DNA of 32,000 nucleotides from Candidatus Saccharimonadota bacterium (lineage in GTDB: Bacteria; Bacteroidota; Bacteroidia; Cytophagales; Amoebophilaceae), in the NCBI RefSeq assembly GCF_936981045.1, contig NZ_OW441264.1, positions 1,080,001 to 1,112,000 on the forward strand, written 5' to 3'. Shown piece after piece: positions 9,437 through 18,990 of this stretch; positions within the stretch are counted from its first letter, which is position 1; each line of letters opens with the position of its first letter. Under the pieces are notes generated by a model, which was not told the DNA's origin, did no database searches, and was given only the letters and a program-made list of their open reading frames with translations. The translations under genes were made by a program, and so were the position numbers.

Positions 9437-10669
9437 TTAGCGGTTTCCTTGATCAATAATCTCTTGCAATGCCTCTAAAAATAGATCTATTTCTTCAATG
9501 GTATTATAGACCGCAAAAGAAATACGTACTACACCTTCTATACCAAATCTTTCCATAAGTGGCTGGGTACAACAATGACCTGTACGAACGGCAATCCCTT
9601 TGGCATCTAAAAATAGACCTACATCTAAATGGTGCATATTGGCCACATTAAAAGCAATAATCGCTACCTTATGAGTAGTGGTACCCACCAATTTTACTGC
9701 TGGCATACGGGCCAAGCCAGCCAATGCATAGACCAACAAACTTTCTTCATGGGCAGCTAGTTTGGCGTAGCCTATCCCTACAATAAATTTGAGTGCTTCT
9801 GGAAAAGAGATAATAGCAGCCAATGGTGGGGTTCCTGCTTCAAATTTATAGGGCGGACCATGATAGATGGTCTCTGCTAGGGTAACTTGTTTGACCATTG
9901 CACCACCAGTTTGATAGGGTGGCATGGCTTCTAACCACTTTTTTTTACCATATAAAATGCCTAGCCCCGTAAGCCCATACATTTTATGGGCAGAAAAGAC
10001 AAAAAAATCACAATCTAAATCGGTAACATCAATGGGCATATGGGCTACTGCTTGTGCCCCATCGATGACTACAATGGCACCTTTTTGATGTGCTTGGCCT
10101 ATAATAGTTTTAATGGGATTAATGGTGCCCAATATATTAGACACATAACTTAATGCAACGATCTTAGTGCGGTTCGTAAAGGAAAAATGGGTTAGATCCA
10201 ATTTCCCTTTATCATCTATGGGGATCACCCTTAAAATGGCTTTTTGCTGCTTACAAAGCCATTGCCAAGGAACGAGGTTGGCATGATGTTCCATTTCAGA
10301 AATGACTACTTCATCCCCTTCACCCACCACCATCGCACCATAGGTGGCCGCAATTAAGTTAATCCCTTCTGTAGTACCTGAGGTAAAAACAATGGTTTCT
10401 ATCTCAGGAGCATGTATAAATTGTTGTACCGCCAGACGTGTCTGCTCTAAAGCTCCAGTAGAACGAGCCGCTAAGGCATGCATACCACGATGAATGTTGG
10501 CATTATCGCGCTGATAAAAGTGGGTGGCACGATCTATGACTGAAAGAGGTTTGTGGACCGTAGCCGCATTGTCAAAATAGACCAAGGCCTTGTTATACAC
10601 TTGTTGATTGAGAATAGGGAAAAAAGGCCTAATCTGACCTATATCTAAAGGACGCGCAACAAACATCAA
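9437..10669 (-). CDS. sufS: Cysteine desulfurase SufS (class V aminotransferase)
   Basis: 410 aa. PLP lysine context FSAHKMYGLTGLGILYG and catalytic Cys context RTGHCCTQPL. Confidence 0.9.
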   Translation of the reverse strand: MMFVARPLDIGQIRPFFPILNQQVYNKALVYFDNAATVHKPLSVIDRATHFYQRDNANIHRGMHALAARSTGALEQTRLAVQQFIHAPEIETIVFTSGTTEGINLIAATYGAMVVGEGDEVVISEMEHHANLVPWQWLCKQQKAILRVIPIDDKGKLDLTHFSFTNRTKIVALSYVSNILGTINPIKTIIGQAHQKGAIVVIDGAQAVAHMPIDVTDLDCDFFVFSAHKMYGLTGLGILYGKKKWLEAMPPYQTGGAMVKQVTLAETIYHGPPYKFEAGTPPLAAIISFPEALKFIVGIGYAKLAAHEESLLVYALAGLARMPAVKLVGTTTHKVAIIAFNVANMHHLDVGLFLDAKGIAVRTGHCCTQPLMERFGIEGVVRISFAVYNTIEEIDLFLEALQEIIDQGNR

Positions 10670-10701
10670 GGGCAGTTTATTAGGTTAATAGGCTGAAGAT
10701 A

Positions 10702-11976
10702 CTACAATTTTACAAGCTTTGCTATGAGCTGATCGTATAAATAATCCTGTAATGTGGTTAGCGTAATGGAGTCAATGATTTCGTTACCAAAAGCTTCCAA
10801 TAATAACCTTTTAGCTAAGGGCGTTGCTATACCACGTGTTTGCAAATAGAATAGTTGTTCTTCATTTAACTGTCCAGCTGTTGCACCATGGGAACATTTG
10901 ACATCATCTGCATAAATTTCCAATTGTGGTTTGGCATAATGGTGGGCTGCATCAGATAGAAGCAATACATTATTAGTTTGATAGGCATTGGTTTGCTGTG
11001 CAGCAGATGTAAGGTAAATTTTACCACTAAAACTGCCTATTGACTGACCGCCTAAGATGGATTTGTAATGTTGTTTGCTAAGACTATGGGGCGCACTATG
11101 GATTATTTGGATCTGCTGTTCTACTTTTTCTGTTGCAGCAAGCGTAGACAAACCATATAGGCTAGCACACGCATGACTGCCATTTATTTGAGCCCTAATG
11201 TACATACGCAACATAGCAGCACCAAAGGCAAAAGTATGGTGGCTAAAGGTGCTATGGTCCTTTTGATGACAATAGAGGGTATTGACTTGATAACATGATG
11301 GATCATCGGTATACAGGGTATGGTAAGCTAGATGCGTACCTTCTTCTAGTAGGATATGGGTAAAATTGTTTACAAAAGGCTGCACTTTGTACGGTACAAT
11401 ATACCAGTTTTCTATTATGGTTACTGGGCTGGCCCCACCTACTTTAACCATTAGCTGGGGCATTACATGGCCCACAGAATCGGTTACAATATGTTGCAGG
11501 GTAATCACTTGCTGCCTATCTGCTGCAATCTCCAGTAGATGGCTTTCTTGAGCCAACAGCCTATTCAACATAACAAAAAGATCATCGCTTGATTCAACAT
11601 CAGTCATATAAGGGGTCAATACCTCTTTTTGTTCCAACAGTGGTAGATCTGCTAGCCTGCGCAACTGAATCCCCTGATGGACACTATTAGATGGGGACCC
11701 TATGCCATTCACAAAGGTTAAGGTCACTCCCTCAGGAACATAGCGATAACCACCCACTTCCACCGGTGGAAAAGGCTGATTGGGCATATTAAAATGGTAG
11801 GCCTGGCGCGTCAATAACTGAAGGATTTCACGAAGGCTGTTATAGTTTTCTTTTTGGTTGGCTATAAAAGTAGGCTGGTTCAACTTATTAAATGCCCATA
11901 GGCGCCCTATATAAAAAGGATCCGTAGCAGAAAAGGTTGCAAAGGCCTCTGCCAACCAATTTATAAATGCCATCAT
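10702..11976 (-). CDS. sufD: Fe-S cluster assembly protein SufD
   Basis: 424 aa. The C-terminal ADDVKCSHGATAGQLNEEQLFYLQTRGI is SufD-type. It overlaps sufC by 4 nt. Confidence 0.85.
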   Translation of the reverse strand: MMAFINWLAEAFATFSATDPFYIGRLWAFNKLNQPTFIANQKENYNSLREILQLLTRQAYHFNMPNQPFPPVEVGGYRYVPEGVTLTFVNGIGSPSNSVHQGIQLRRLADLPLLEQKEVLTPYMTDVESSDDLFVMLNRLLAQESHLLEIAADRQQVITLQHIVTDSVGHVMPQLMVKVGGASPVTIIENWYIVPYKVQPFVNNFTHILLEEGTHLAYHTLYTDDPSCYQVNTLYCHQKDHSTFSHHTFAFGAAMLRMYIRAQINGSHACASLYGLSTLAATEKVEQQIQIIHSAPHSLSKQHYKSILGGQSIGSFSGKIYLTSAAQQTNAYQTNNVLLLSDAAHHYAKPQLEIYADDVKCSHGATAGQLNEEQLFYLQTRGIATPLAKRLLLEAFGNEIIDSITLTTLQDYLYDQLIAKLVKL

Positions 11977-12722
11977 AGATGAAGTTGTGTAATCCAGGCA
12001 TACCCTTCTTTTTCCAACCGCCTGGCAAGTGCATGATCGCCGGATTGCATAATCTTCCCATCATAGAAAACATGCACAACATCTGGCACAACATGATCCA
12101 ATAGCCTTTGGTAATGGGTAATCAATACCATAGCATTGTTTGCCCGGCGCAACTGATTGATGGCTTGTCCTACAATGGTCAAGGCATCAATATCCAAACC
12201 AGAATCGGTCTCATCCAAAATAGCCAAAGATGGATCCAATATGGCCATTTGTAACATTTCATTTCTTTTTTTTTCACCTCCTGAAAAGCCTTCATTGAGT
12301 GAACGCTGTACCAAGGCGTGATCCATACCCAATAGCTTGCGCTTCTCTTTTAAACGTTCTAAAAAAGCAACGGCATCTAAAGGGGGCAATGTCCTCTGTT
12401 TTCTTATTTGGTTGATAGCTGTTTTCAGAAAATTAGTGGTCGTGACGCCTGGAATTTCAACTGGATATTGAAAGGCTAAAAAAAGACCAAGTGCCGCTCT
12501 AGTTTCTGGCGCTAGCTGCAACAGATCCTGATCATGCAACAGGACACGCCCTTTTGTAATTTCATAACCTGCTTTACCAGCTAAAACAGCCGCTAAGGTA
12601 CTTTTACCTGCACCATTGGGCCCCATAATGGCATGTACCTGACCTGCATATACTTGAAGATTTATGCCATTCAGTACTTTTTTACCGCCTATGCTTACAT
12701 GTAAATCTTCTATTGTGAGCAT
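11973..12722 (-). CDS. sufC: Fe-S cluster assembly ATPase SufC
   Basis: 249 aa. Walker A GPNGAGKST, signature FSGGEKKR, Walker B AILDETDSGLD. Confidence 0.93.
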   Translation of the reverse strand: MLTIEDLHVSIGGKKVLNGINLQVYAGQVHAIMGPNGAGKSTLAAVLAGKAGYEITKGRVLLHDQDLLQLAPETRAALGLFLAFQYPVEIPGVTTTNFLKTAINQIRKQRTLPPLDAVAFLERLKEKRKLLGMDHALVQRSLNEGFSGGEKKRNEMLQMAILDPSLAILDETDSGLDIDALTIVGQAINQLRRANNAMVLITHYQRLLDHVVPDVVHVFYDGKIMQSGDHALARRLEKEGYAWITQLHL

Positions 12723-12803
12723 GATCTATTGTCTTAATTGGTTTAAAGTAAATCAGATGATGTAGCTGTTGGGTTTCCTTAAAGCTGCAAGGTAGAAGAA
12801 GTA

Positions 12804-13364
12804 CTATATAGCCATCACATCTGCCTCTTTCAAAGTTAAAAGATGGTTGATTTTATCAATGTAGCCATCTGTCAGGTCTTGTAATTTTTGCTCTGCCCTT
12901 TTGATGACATCTTCTGGTATGCCATCCTTTTGCATAGCTTTTAGTATTTCTTTATAGTCACGGCGAAGATTGCGAATCACCACCCTTCCTTTTTCTGCTT
13001 CACTTTTAATGAGCTTTACCAAACTCTTGCGCCGCTCTTCAGAGGGAGGAGGAAAGGTAACCATAACGGTGCGTCCATCATTTCTAGTAGAAAATCCAAG
13101 CTGACTTTCTGCAATCGCTTTTTCTATATGGGGAATCATACTTTGCTCCCATGGTTGAACAGTCAAAGTACGCGGATCAGCGGTAGTAATAGCAGCTACT
13201 TGGTGGAGTGGTGTTGGATTCCCATAGTAGACCACCATCAAATGGTGCAATATGGTAGGTAATGCACGCCCCACATTAACTTTTGCAAAAGCATCTTGTG
13301 CATGGCTATAAGCCTTATCCATACTGCGCTCAGCTTGATCTAAATATTGTTGAATGACTTCCAT
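12804..13364 (-). CDS. frr: Ribosome recycling factor
   Basis: RRF pattern (VQPWEQSMIPHIEKAI, PPPSEERRKSLVK, IRNLRRD). Start chosen at MEVIQQ; the ORF extends to 13385. Confidence 0.9.
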   Translation of the reverse strand: MEVIQQYLDQAERSMDKAYSHAQDAFAKVNVGRALPTILHHLMVVYYGNPTPLHQVAAITTADPRTLTVQPWEQSMIPHIEKAIAESQLGFSTRNDGRTVMVTFPPPSEERRKSLVKLIKSEAEKGRVVIRNLRRDYKEILKAMQKDGIPEDVIKRAEQKLQDLTDGYIDKINHLLTLKEADVMAI

Positions 13365-13430
13365 AAACGTTAAATTATATAGCACTAAAAAACCCGTCTG
13401 AATAGGTTATTCGATCCGTTACTCTACAGT

Positions 13431-13573
13431 AGACTTTTTGCATAATGCGCTTATGCTCTGGAATTTGTAGGAAACACGGAGCGCAAAACCGGAGCGTACT
13501 AGATGTACGTGAGGATTTGAGCACCGAATCAACGTGCAAATTACCAGCAGAGGTAGCGTTATGAAAGAAGTCT
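13431..13573. repeat. 143-nt long imperfect palindrome
   Basis: The left arm AGACTTTTTGCATAATGCGCTTATGCTCTGGAATTTG... mirrors ...CAAATTACCAGCAGAGGTAGCGTTATGAAAGAAGTCT. The centre is CGTACTAGATGTACG. It shares the CTTTTTGCA..GCGCTT motif with 28981..28998. Confidence 0.6.
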
Positions 13574-13622
13574 AATGAGCCCTTTAATTCTAGATGGAGG
13601 CAACGAGATGATCATGTACCTA

Positions 13623-14342
13623 TTACACTTCATCTAAATCAGCCTCTTCTTCACTTTCCCGTAAATCTATTACCTCCAAGTCGCCATGCGCACCTATGTC
13701 AAATGTAAAATAACCATCTGATAGAGGTATGTTGACAGAGAACTTACAAACTGTACAAATATACCTTGTTTCTTCGTTTTGTACTACTTCCCATCTATGA
13801 ATTTGTGAGGTGGCACGATCAACTTCAAGGGTAATACTTTTAAAACTACTCTCTTCATGAATAGGCGTTAACTGGACAATATCTCGTATTATATTTTTGG
13901 TTTTATATACTATACGTTCTCCAATATAAACGAATAGATAGCCTTGTTGATAGAGATTATATAATTCAGCAAAATTCAAATCGGAATCTGTTTTAGCATA
14001 TTCGCTAATGGTCACTTCTTTTAGCGCTTTATCGTATACCCAAACGGTTTCCCCATCTGTTATCGTCTCTTTTTGGTCATAGGATACCCTATATTGTTGC
14101 CCTCGAGCTGTGATGTGCATTTTATCGTACCGAACCATGTCCTCTTCTGGATATTTAATGGTCAAATTATAGATGGCACTAAAATTTTCTAGTCCTTGGT
14201 AGTAGGCAGAAGTTTTCTCGAGAATTTCAAGTGCTTTTTCATCTATCGCTGCAAAAATAGGGGTCATTGCAACAAACCACCATAACAGCGACCTAAATAG
14301 TACTACTAGAAAGTGCCAAAGCTTAGCGATGAGCATAACCAT
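13623..14342 (-). CDS. LolA-like outer-membrane lipoprotein carrier family protein with an N-terminal signal or anchor
   Basis: 239 aa with a hydrophobic N-terminus. The overall pattern (YYQGLENFSA, GETVWVYDKALKEVTI, FTFD...LEVIDLR) resembles Bacteroidota LolA-family proteins. Recognised from memory only. Confidence 0.55.
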   Translation of the reverse strand: MVMLIAKLWHFLVVLFRSLLWWFVAMTPIFAAIDEKALEILEKTSAYYQGLENFSAIYNLTIKYPEEDMVRYDKMHITARGQQYRVSYDQKETITDGETVWVYDKALKEVTISEYAKTDSDLNFAELYNLYQQGYLFVYIGERIVYKTKNIIRDIVQLTPIHEESSFKSITLEVDRATSQIHRWEVVQNEETRYICTVCKFSVNIPLSDGYFTFDIGAHGDLEVIDLRESEEEADLDEV

Positions 14343-14839
14343 TCATACAACATAATTTATTACCAGGTATAAGGAAAAAAGCTGCATCTAAACAATGCAA
14401 AACTCCATTATACTATTTTCTAGACTCCTGCACTCTAAAATTATAATAGGCGGGACCCATTATTGGTCTTGGCATGAGGCTTTATGCTAAGTACTACACA
14501 CGCTATACCTATTAAAATATCTTGACGCATAAAATGTGCCAATCGCATGGTATAGGTAGCTGTTTTTTAAAATTATACCTAAACCGTACACACCATTAAT
14601 GGTACTTGCGCACCCCAACCAGATCCCAATGGTCAGCCCCTCTTTCTATCAAATAATTGCAACTTTATAAGTTTATTTTCTGAAGTTTCAACCCCTCCAT
14701 ACTTATACATATTTCATAAAAGAAGAGGTGCCATCAAACAATGCGCTAAGTATAGATGTAAAGTAGCTTACAAACCAAAGCCATTCATATAAAGTTAATT
14801 GTAAACCTTAAGTTATAGAAATTTTTTGAGGGATTTAAA

Positions 14840-14911
14840 GGAACGTTTTTGCTTACTTTTTGATTGATCAACAAGTAAGCAAAAAATCAAGTCCTAGTGC
14901 AAAAAGTTTCC
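14840..14911. repeat. Nested-palindrome intergenic repeat, copy R4 (inverted relative to R1-R3)
   Basis: GGAACGTTTTTGC...GCAAAAAGTTTCC outer arms. Inner hairpin GCTTACTTTTTGATTGATCAACAAGTAAGC (14851..14880). Motif GCAAAAAATCAAGTCCT (14879..14895). Confidence 0.6.
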
Positions 14912-15067
14912 AAAATTGTGCCCTTAAAGGGCGAGCCAGATATAATAAATTAAGACTTAGACTTAATAACTTGCTTTTCAAAACAAAATAAAAAACACCC
15001 CTTCAGCCTTCTGGCAACACGAAACAAGAGAAAACACTTCTAATGCAAAAGGAGCATATAGGCTTCG

Positions 15068-15721
15068 TTATACCTCGTTTTTATGAACTGCATTATATAA
15101 TACATCAAGACACCTAGGGTGGTTATTCCAGTTAGCTGTATCAAGTGGGCTGTTCCCATACTTATTTTTTATCATTATCTGAATACCTGTAGCATCCACT
15201 AATGTTTTAACGACATCCAGATGACCTTTAGAGGCTGCATAGTATAATGGGGTGTTGTCATGCTGATTTTTTATATTGACATCAATGCCTTTGTTGGCCA
15301 ATAACGCCTTAAGCACCTCTACATGACCTTCAAATGCTGCATAATGCAACGGAGCGTTTTTGTACTTATCTTTGACATTCACATTAATCTTTACATCCTT
15401 CAACAACGCTTGTGTCATCTCTAAATGACCTGTGTATGATGTATAATGAAGTGGGGCATAGGTATCTTTATCTATTGCATTTACATTAATAGTAGTTGAC
15501 CCTGCTAGCAGTACTTTAAGTACCTCTACATGCTCCTCAACCACGGCATAATGTATTGGCGTGTTATCATAGTTATTTTTTGCATTTACATCATTTCTTT
15601 TGTCTTGCAACAACAATTGAACTTTTTGCCAATCACCTTCAAAAGCTGCCACATGCAGGGGAGTGTCTCCATATTTATTCCTTTGATCTATACTCATATC
15701 GATACCTGAATTTTGTTCCAA
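15068..15721 (-). CDS. Ankyrin-repeat protein (about six ANK repeats)
   Basis: Tandem ~33-aa units: TPLHVAAFEGDWQKVQLLL, TPIHYAVVEEHVEVLKVLL, APLHYTSYTGHLEMTQALL, APLHYAAFEGHVEVLKALL, TPLYYAASKGHLDVVKTLV. The track start is TTG; the first ATG is at 15697. Confidence 0.85.
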   Translation of the reverse strand: MEQNSGIDMSIDQRNKYGDTPLHVAAFEGDWQKVQLLLQDKRNDVNAKNNYDNTPIHYAVVEEHVEVLKVLLAGSTTINVNAIDKDTYAPLHYTSYTGHLEMTQALLKDVKINVNVKDKYKNAPLHYAAFEGHVEVLKALLANKGIDVNIKNQHDNTPLYYAASKGHLDVVKTLVDATGIQIMIKNKYGNSPLDTANWNNHPRCLDVLYNAVHKNEV

Positions 15722-16039
15722 AATATGTTCAATAGTTTACACTGCATTAAATTATTAATGGGTACATTCCCTAAGTATAACAACCTAAGCTAGCAACTTG
15801 AAAAATGTCAAAGGCAACTAACCTATCCCTATGCCTATTTTGTGCACTAGTAAACATTAGCAAAATAACTTACGCATTTGGTTAGTGCTTTTAATTTAGT
15901 AAATCTTTATAAAAAATCCTTTTATGGCATTAAAATACAATCAGATTAAATTGGATCAAGCCTATAGAGGCCACCCATCTAGTATCTGTTCAGGCCAGTA
16001 GTCCTACAGCTTCCACTTCAACTGTTTTTCTGTTCAGCT

Positions 16040-16209
16040 ATAAGCTGCACTTTCTAGTCCTAATTTTTTGCAAGGGACGATTTTTCTTGTTTTTAGGCAG
16101 TATGGCCAAAAGGCTGAATGGGTACCGAAACATTGGTAATATAATGATCCGTATATATTTTTTTGTTTAATATCCATAGGGCCATTGTTGTCTTTATATG
16201 AAACCTATC
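16040..16209. repeat. Degenerate partial copy of the long intergenic repeat (R6), ending at the MITE A boundary
   Basis: TTTTTTGCAAGGGACGATTTTTCTTGTTTTTAGGCAGTATGGCC parallels CTTTTTACAAGCAGCGGTTTTCTTGTTTTGGGGTAGTCTTGCC at 21263... GCACTTTCTAGTCCTAATTTTTTGC resembles the CTTGATTTTTTGC motif. Confidence 0.4.
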
Positions 16210-16451
16210 AACGTGAGTTCGGGATTAGATTATTTTTTCATTTGATAATCAATATTAATAAAAATTTATAAAATTTGTTTTATTAGACAGTTAAATAGGT
16301 AGTTGAATAATAAATAATTGTGGTAATCAGTTTATTATATATATTATATTTATAAAATTAGATATAAAAACTTGTTAAATAGGTGCAAATATTAACTAAA
16401 TAATTGATATTAAATTGTTGTAAATCAGTCAAATAAATCCCGAACTCACGT
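16210..16451 (+). mobile_element. MITE A: ~240-bp non-autonomous element with IS982-like termini
   Basis: ACGTGAGTTCGGGATTAG...AATCCCGAACTCACGT termini match the IS982-like IR. The interior is very AT-rich with no ORF. It is the reverse complement of 16807..17046. Confidence 0.8.
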
Positions 16452-16806
16452 TAAAAGGATAGCAAATGGCAGTATGTTGAAGCTAATTAAACAAACCCTA
16501 ACAACGTCAATAGCAAAACAAGGTAAAATTACATGCAAGAAAGTTGGAGTACCGCAAGGATCACCAATATCACCGTTGTATAGTGATATCTACCTAAATG
16601 TTATAGACCAAGTGTGGCACTCAAGGGGGTATCCAGAAAAGCTAAGCGCAACCTTGCATAGGTATTGTGATGATGCAATTTTGGTATGTCGTAAGAGTGC
16701 TAGCTTAGCGCTGGAGAAATTCACAGAATTAGCAAAGAGGTTATCGCTCATTATTAACCACCGAAAGACACGAATAACGAAACTGAAAGAAGGTTTTAAC
16801 TTCATA
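16452..16806 (+). pseudogene. Reverse transcriptase fragment (group II intron / retron-type RT, palm motifs only)
   Basis: The frame is open across the whole insert. GVPQGSPISPLYSDIYLN (RT motif 4), RYCDDAILVC (YxDD, motif 5) and LIINHRKTRITKLKEGFNFI (motifs 6-7). The N-terminal RT motifs and the thumb/X domain are absent. MITE ends cut both sides. Confidence 0.75.
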
Positions 16807-17046
16807 ACGTGAGTTCGGGATTTATTTTACTGATTTACAACAATTTAATATCAATTATTTAGTTAATATTTGCACCTATTTAACAAGTTTTTATATCTAA
16901 TTTTATAAATATAATATATATAATAAACTGATTATCAGAATTATTTTTTATTCAACTACCTATTTAACTGTCTATAAAACAAATTTTATAAATTTTTATT
17001 AATATTGATTATCAAATGAAAAAATAATCTAATCCCGAACTCACGT
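16807..17046 (-). mobile_element. MITE B (inverted relative to MITE A)
   Basis: 240 bp. I count 4 substitutions versus 18991..19230, and about 5 substitutions plus 1-2 single-nt indels versus the reverse complement of 16210..16451. Confidence 0.8.
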
Positions 17047-17577
17047 TATTATATAGTTCCAAATTTCTGCTACTGGTAACATTGCATCGCCTACAAAAAC
17101 AAATAGGCCCATTATGCATATAAAAGATACTATAATGAGATGACAAAAACTGCTATACAAGAAAACTTTTTTGGTTTCAATGGGACCAGAACACATGTAG
17201 ACCCTATGTATAGTTCGGCAATCAGAAACTTCAGAAAAAGGAAATGGGATGAATAAAAGCAAATGCAATAGTTGCCCATTAGAATGGCACAGGCTACTAA
17301 GTTGAAATTTTGCTTGCTTTTGCAGCAAGGATACAATTTCTAAAACAGATTTACCTGTTTTTATAAACATAAGCTTAGCAATAAGGAAAATAATAGCAAT
17401 AAAGGTTATAAATTGCCATACATCGGTATTGGTAACAGAACGAATGCCCCCCAAAGTCGCATAAACAATAAGCACTAAAGTGGACAATATAGTAACGGTT
17501 TTACGATCCATTAAATCCATATACGTAGTGGTAATCAAGTACTTTTCATTTAGAAAAGGTGTATTGAGTAGCATCAT
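17047..17577 (-). pseudogene. Fragment of a sodium:solute symporter-family membrane protein, C-terminus removed by MITE B
   Basis: ATLGGIRSVTNTDVWQFITFIAIIFL resembles the SSS-family GG..AV..TD..Q segment. Only ~177 codons remain. The frame runs straight into the MITE terminus, whose ACG TGA supplies the stop. Confidence 0.45.
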
Positions 17578-17792
17578 ATCATGTACATGCTAAAATAATA
17601 ACCAATATTGAATTAAACATTATACTGAGTAATTTTTACTACGCATGCAAGTGATTTCGTTGTTTGGTACAAACATTTAAGCGTTAGGTGATGCATCAAC
17701 TAGGCATGGTGCGATAAAATGGAAGGCATTACAACCGTTTTGGATCAAAAATAGTTTAAATTAGCCATTGTATCTTACAGTTATACAAAACA

Positions 17793-18905
17793 ATGGTTCC
17801 CCTCACTGAAAAACACTATCGATTGGCACTTTCATTAGTGCCCGGTATAGGCTGTGCCTGGTTAAGAAAATTATTAGCTTATTTCGGAAGTGCCCAAGCA
17901 GTATTTGCAGCTGCACATAAAGGTAACACGTTACTACCCTACAAAATAGCCCAATCTATTACCGCAAGCAGTAGCCTTTCCCAAGCAGAAAAGATCCTCC
18001 AATTGTATGAAACAGAAGGCATCCAATTGCTGACAACAGAGGAAGAGACCTATCCCAAACGGTTGCTAGAGCTACCAGATCGTCCTTCCCTGCTTTATTA
18101 TAAAGGGCAAGCGACATTGAACCAACAACGTATCGTGACCGTTGTAGGTACTAGGCAATTAACATCCTATGGACAAGCATCGATTACCAAATTTTTAGAA
18201 CAACTCCTTCCCTATCATCCGCTTGTAGTCAGTGGCCTAGCCTATGGAACAGATATATGGGCCCATAAGCAAGCATTGGAAATGGGGCTAACTACAGTAG
18301 CCGTATTGCCAACAAGCTTGCAGCACATCTACCCCACTGCACACAAAAAAATAGCCCTGGAAATGTGTGGTGTAAAAGGTGGCTTACTCACAGAGTACCC
18401 CATAGAAAGTGGACTAGGCCCCCATACCTTTGTGGCACGCAATAGAATTTTAGCTGGTCTAGCAGATGTAACCATAGTTATGGAGGCCAAAGAAAAAAGC
18501 GGTGCATTAATCACCGCCTACCATGCCAATAATTACCACCGGGAGGTTTTTGCATTGCCGGGTAGTATTTACGCAGCTACTTCTGCAGGATGCCATCGAT
18601 TGATTAAAAGAAATCAAGCACACCTCCTGACCCATATAGATGACTTAGCTTATATCATGAACTGGACAGTGCACCATCAACGCCAAGCAGATGCTTACGC
18701 GAACTATCCACTTACAGCATCAGAACAAATGGTCTTAAAACAGCTGCAGCAAGCCATTGAACCCATCACTATTGAGACGCTAACCTTTACTACTGCTTTG
18801 CCACCCGGTACATTACAAGCAGCATTATTGTCACTAGAATTACAAGGCTTATTACGTGCACTACCAGGTAACCGTTTTACATTAGCCCCTATCTATAAAC
18901 AATAG
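17793..18905 (+). CDS. dprA: DNA-processing protein DprA (Smf)
   Basis: 370 aa. VVGTRQLTSYG, VVSGLAYGTDIWAHK and ARNRILAGLADVTIVMEAKEKSGALITA are DprA Rossmann-domain motifs. Confidence 0.9.
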   Translation: MVPLTEKHYRLALSLVPGIGCAWLRKLLAYFGSAQAVFAAAHKGNTLLPYKIAQSITASSSLSQAEKILQLYETEGIQLLTTEEETYPKRLLELPDRPSLLYYKGQATLNQQRIVTVVGTRQLTSYGQASITKFLEQLLPYHPLVVSGLAYGTDIWAHKQALEMGLTTVAVLPTSLQHIYPTAHKKIALEMCGVKGGLLTEYPIESGLGPHTFVARNRILAGLADVTIVMEAKEKSGALITAYHANNYHREVFALPGSIYAATSAGCHRLIKRNQAHLLTHIDDLAYIMNWTVHHQRQADAYANYPLTASEQMVLKQLQQAIEPITIETLTFTTALPPGTLQAALLSLELQGLLRALPGNRFTLAPIYKQ

Positions 18906-18990
18906 ATGTTACCAAAGCATAAAGTATGATTTATGGCAAGAATTTAGCTAAATTTGAAGCATCTAAAATAGAATCAACACCATCCATATA

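Noticed and set aside
14441-14660. Possible remnant of a membrane protein on the minus strand (GLTIGIWLGCASTINGVYGLGIIL...)
   Set aside because: Only about 50 codons lie between stops, with no start and no recognisable family. It cannot be distinguished from chance in this spacer.
16452-16806. A functional retron, DGR or group II intron reverse transcriptase
   Set aside because: Only about 118 codons covering RT motifs 4-7 are present. The N-terminal motifs and the thumb/X domain are missing. I could find no intron domain V-like or msr/msd-like structure nearby, and both ends are cut by MITEs.
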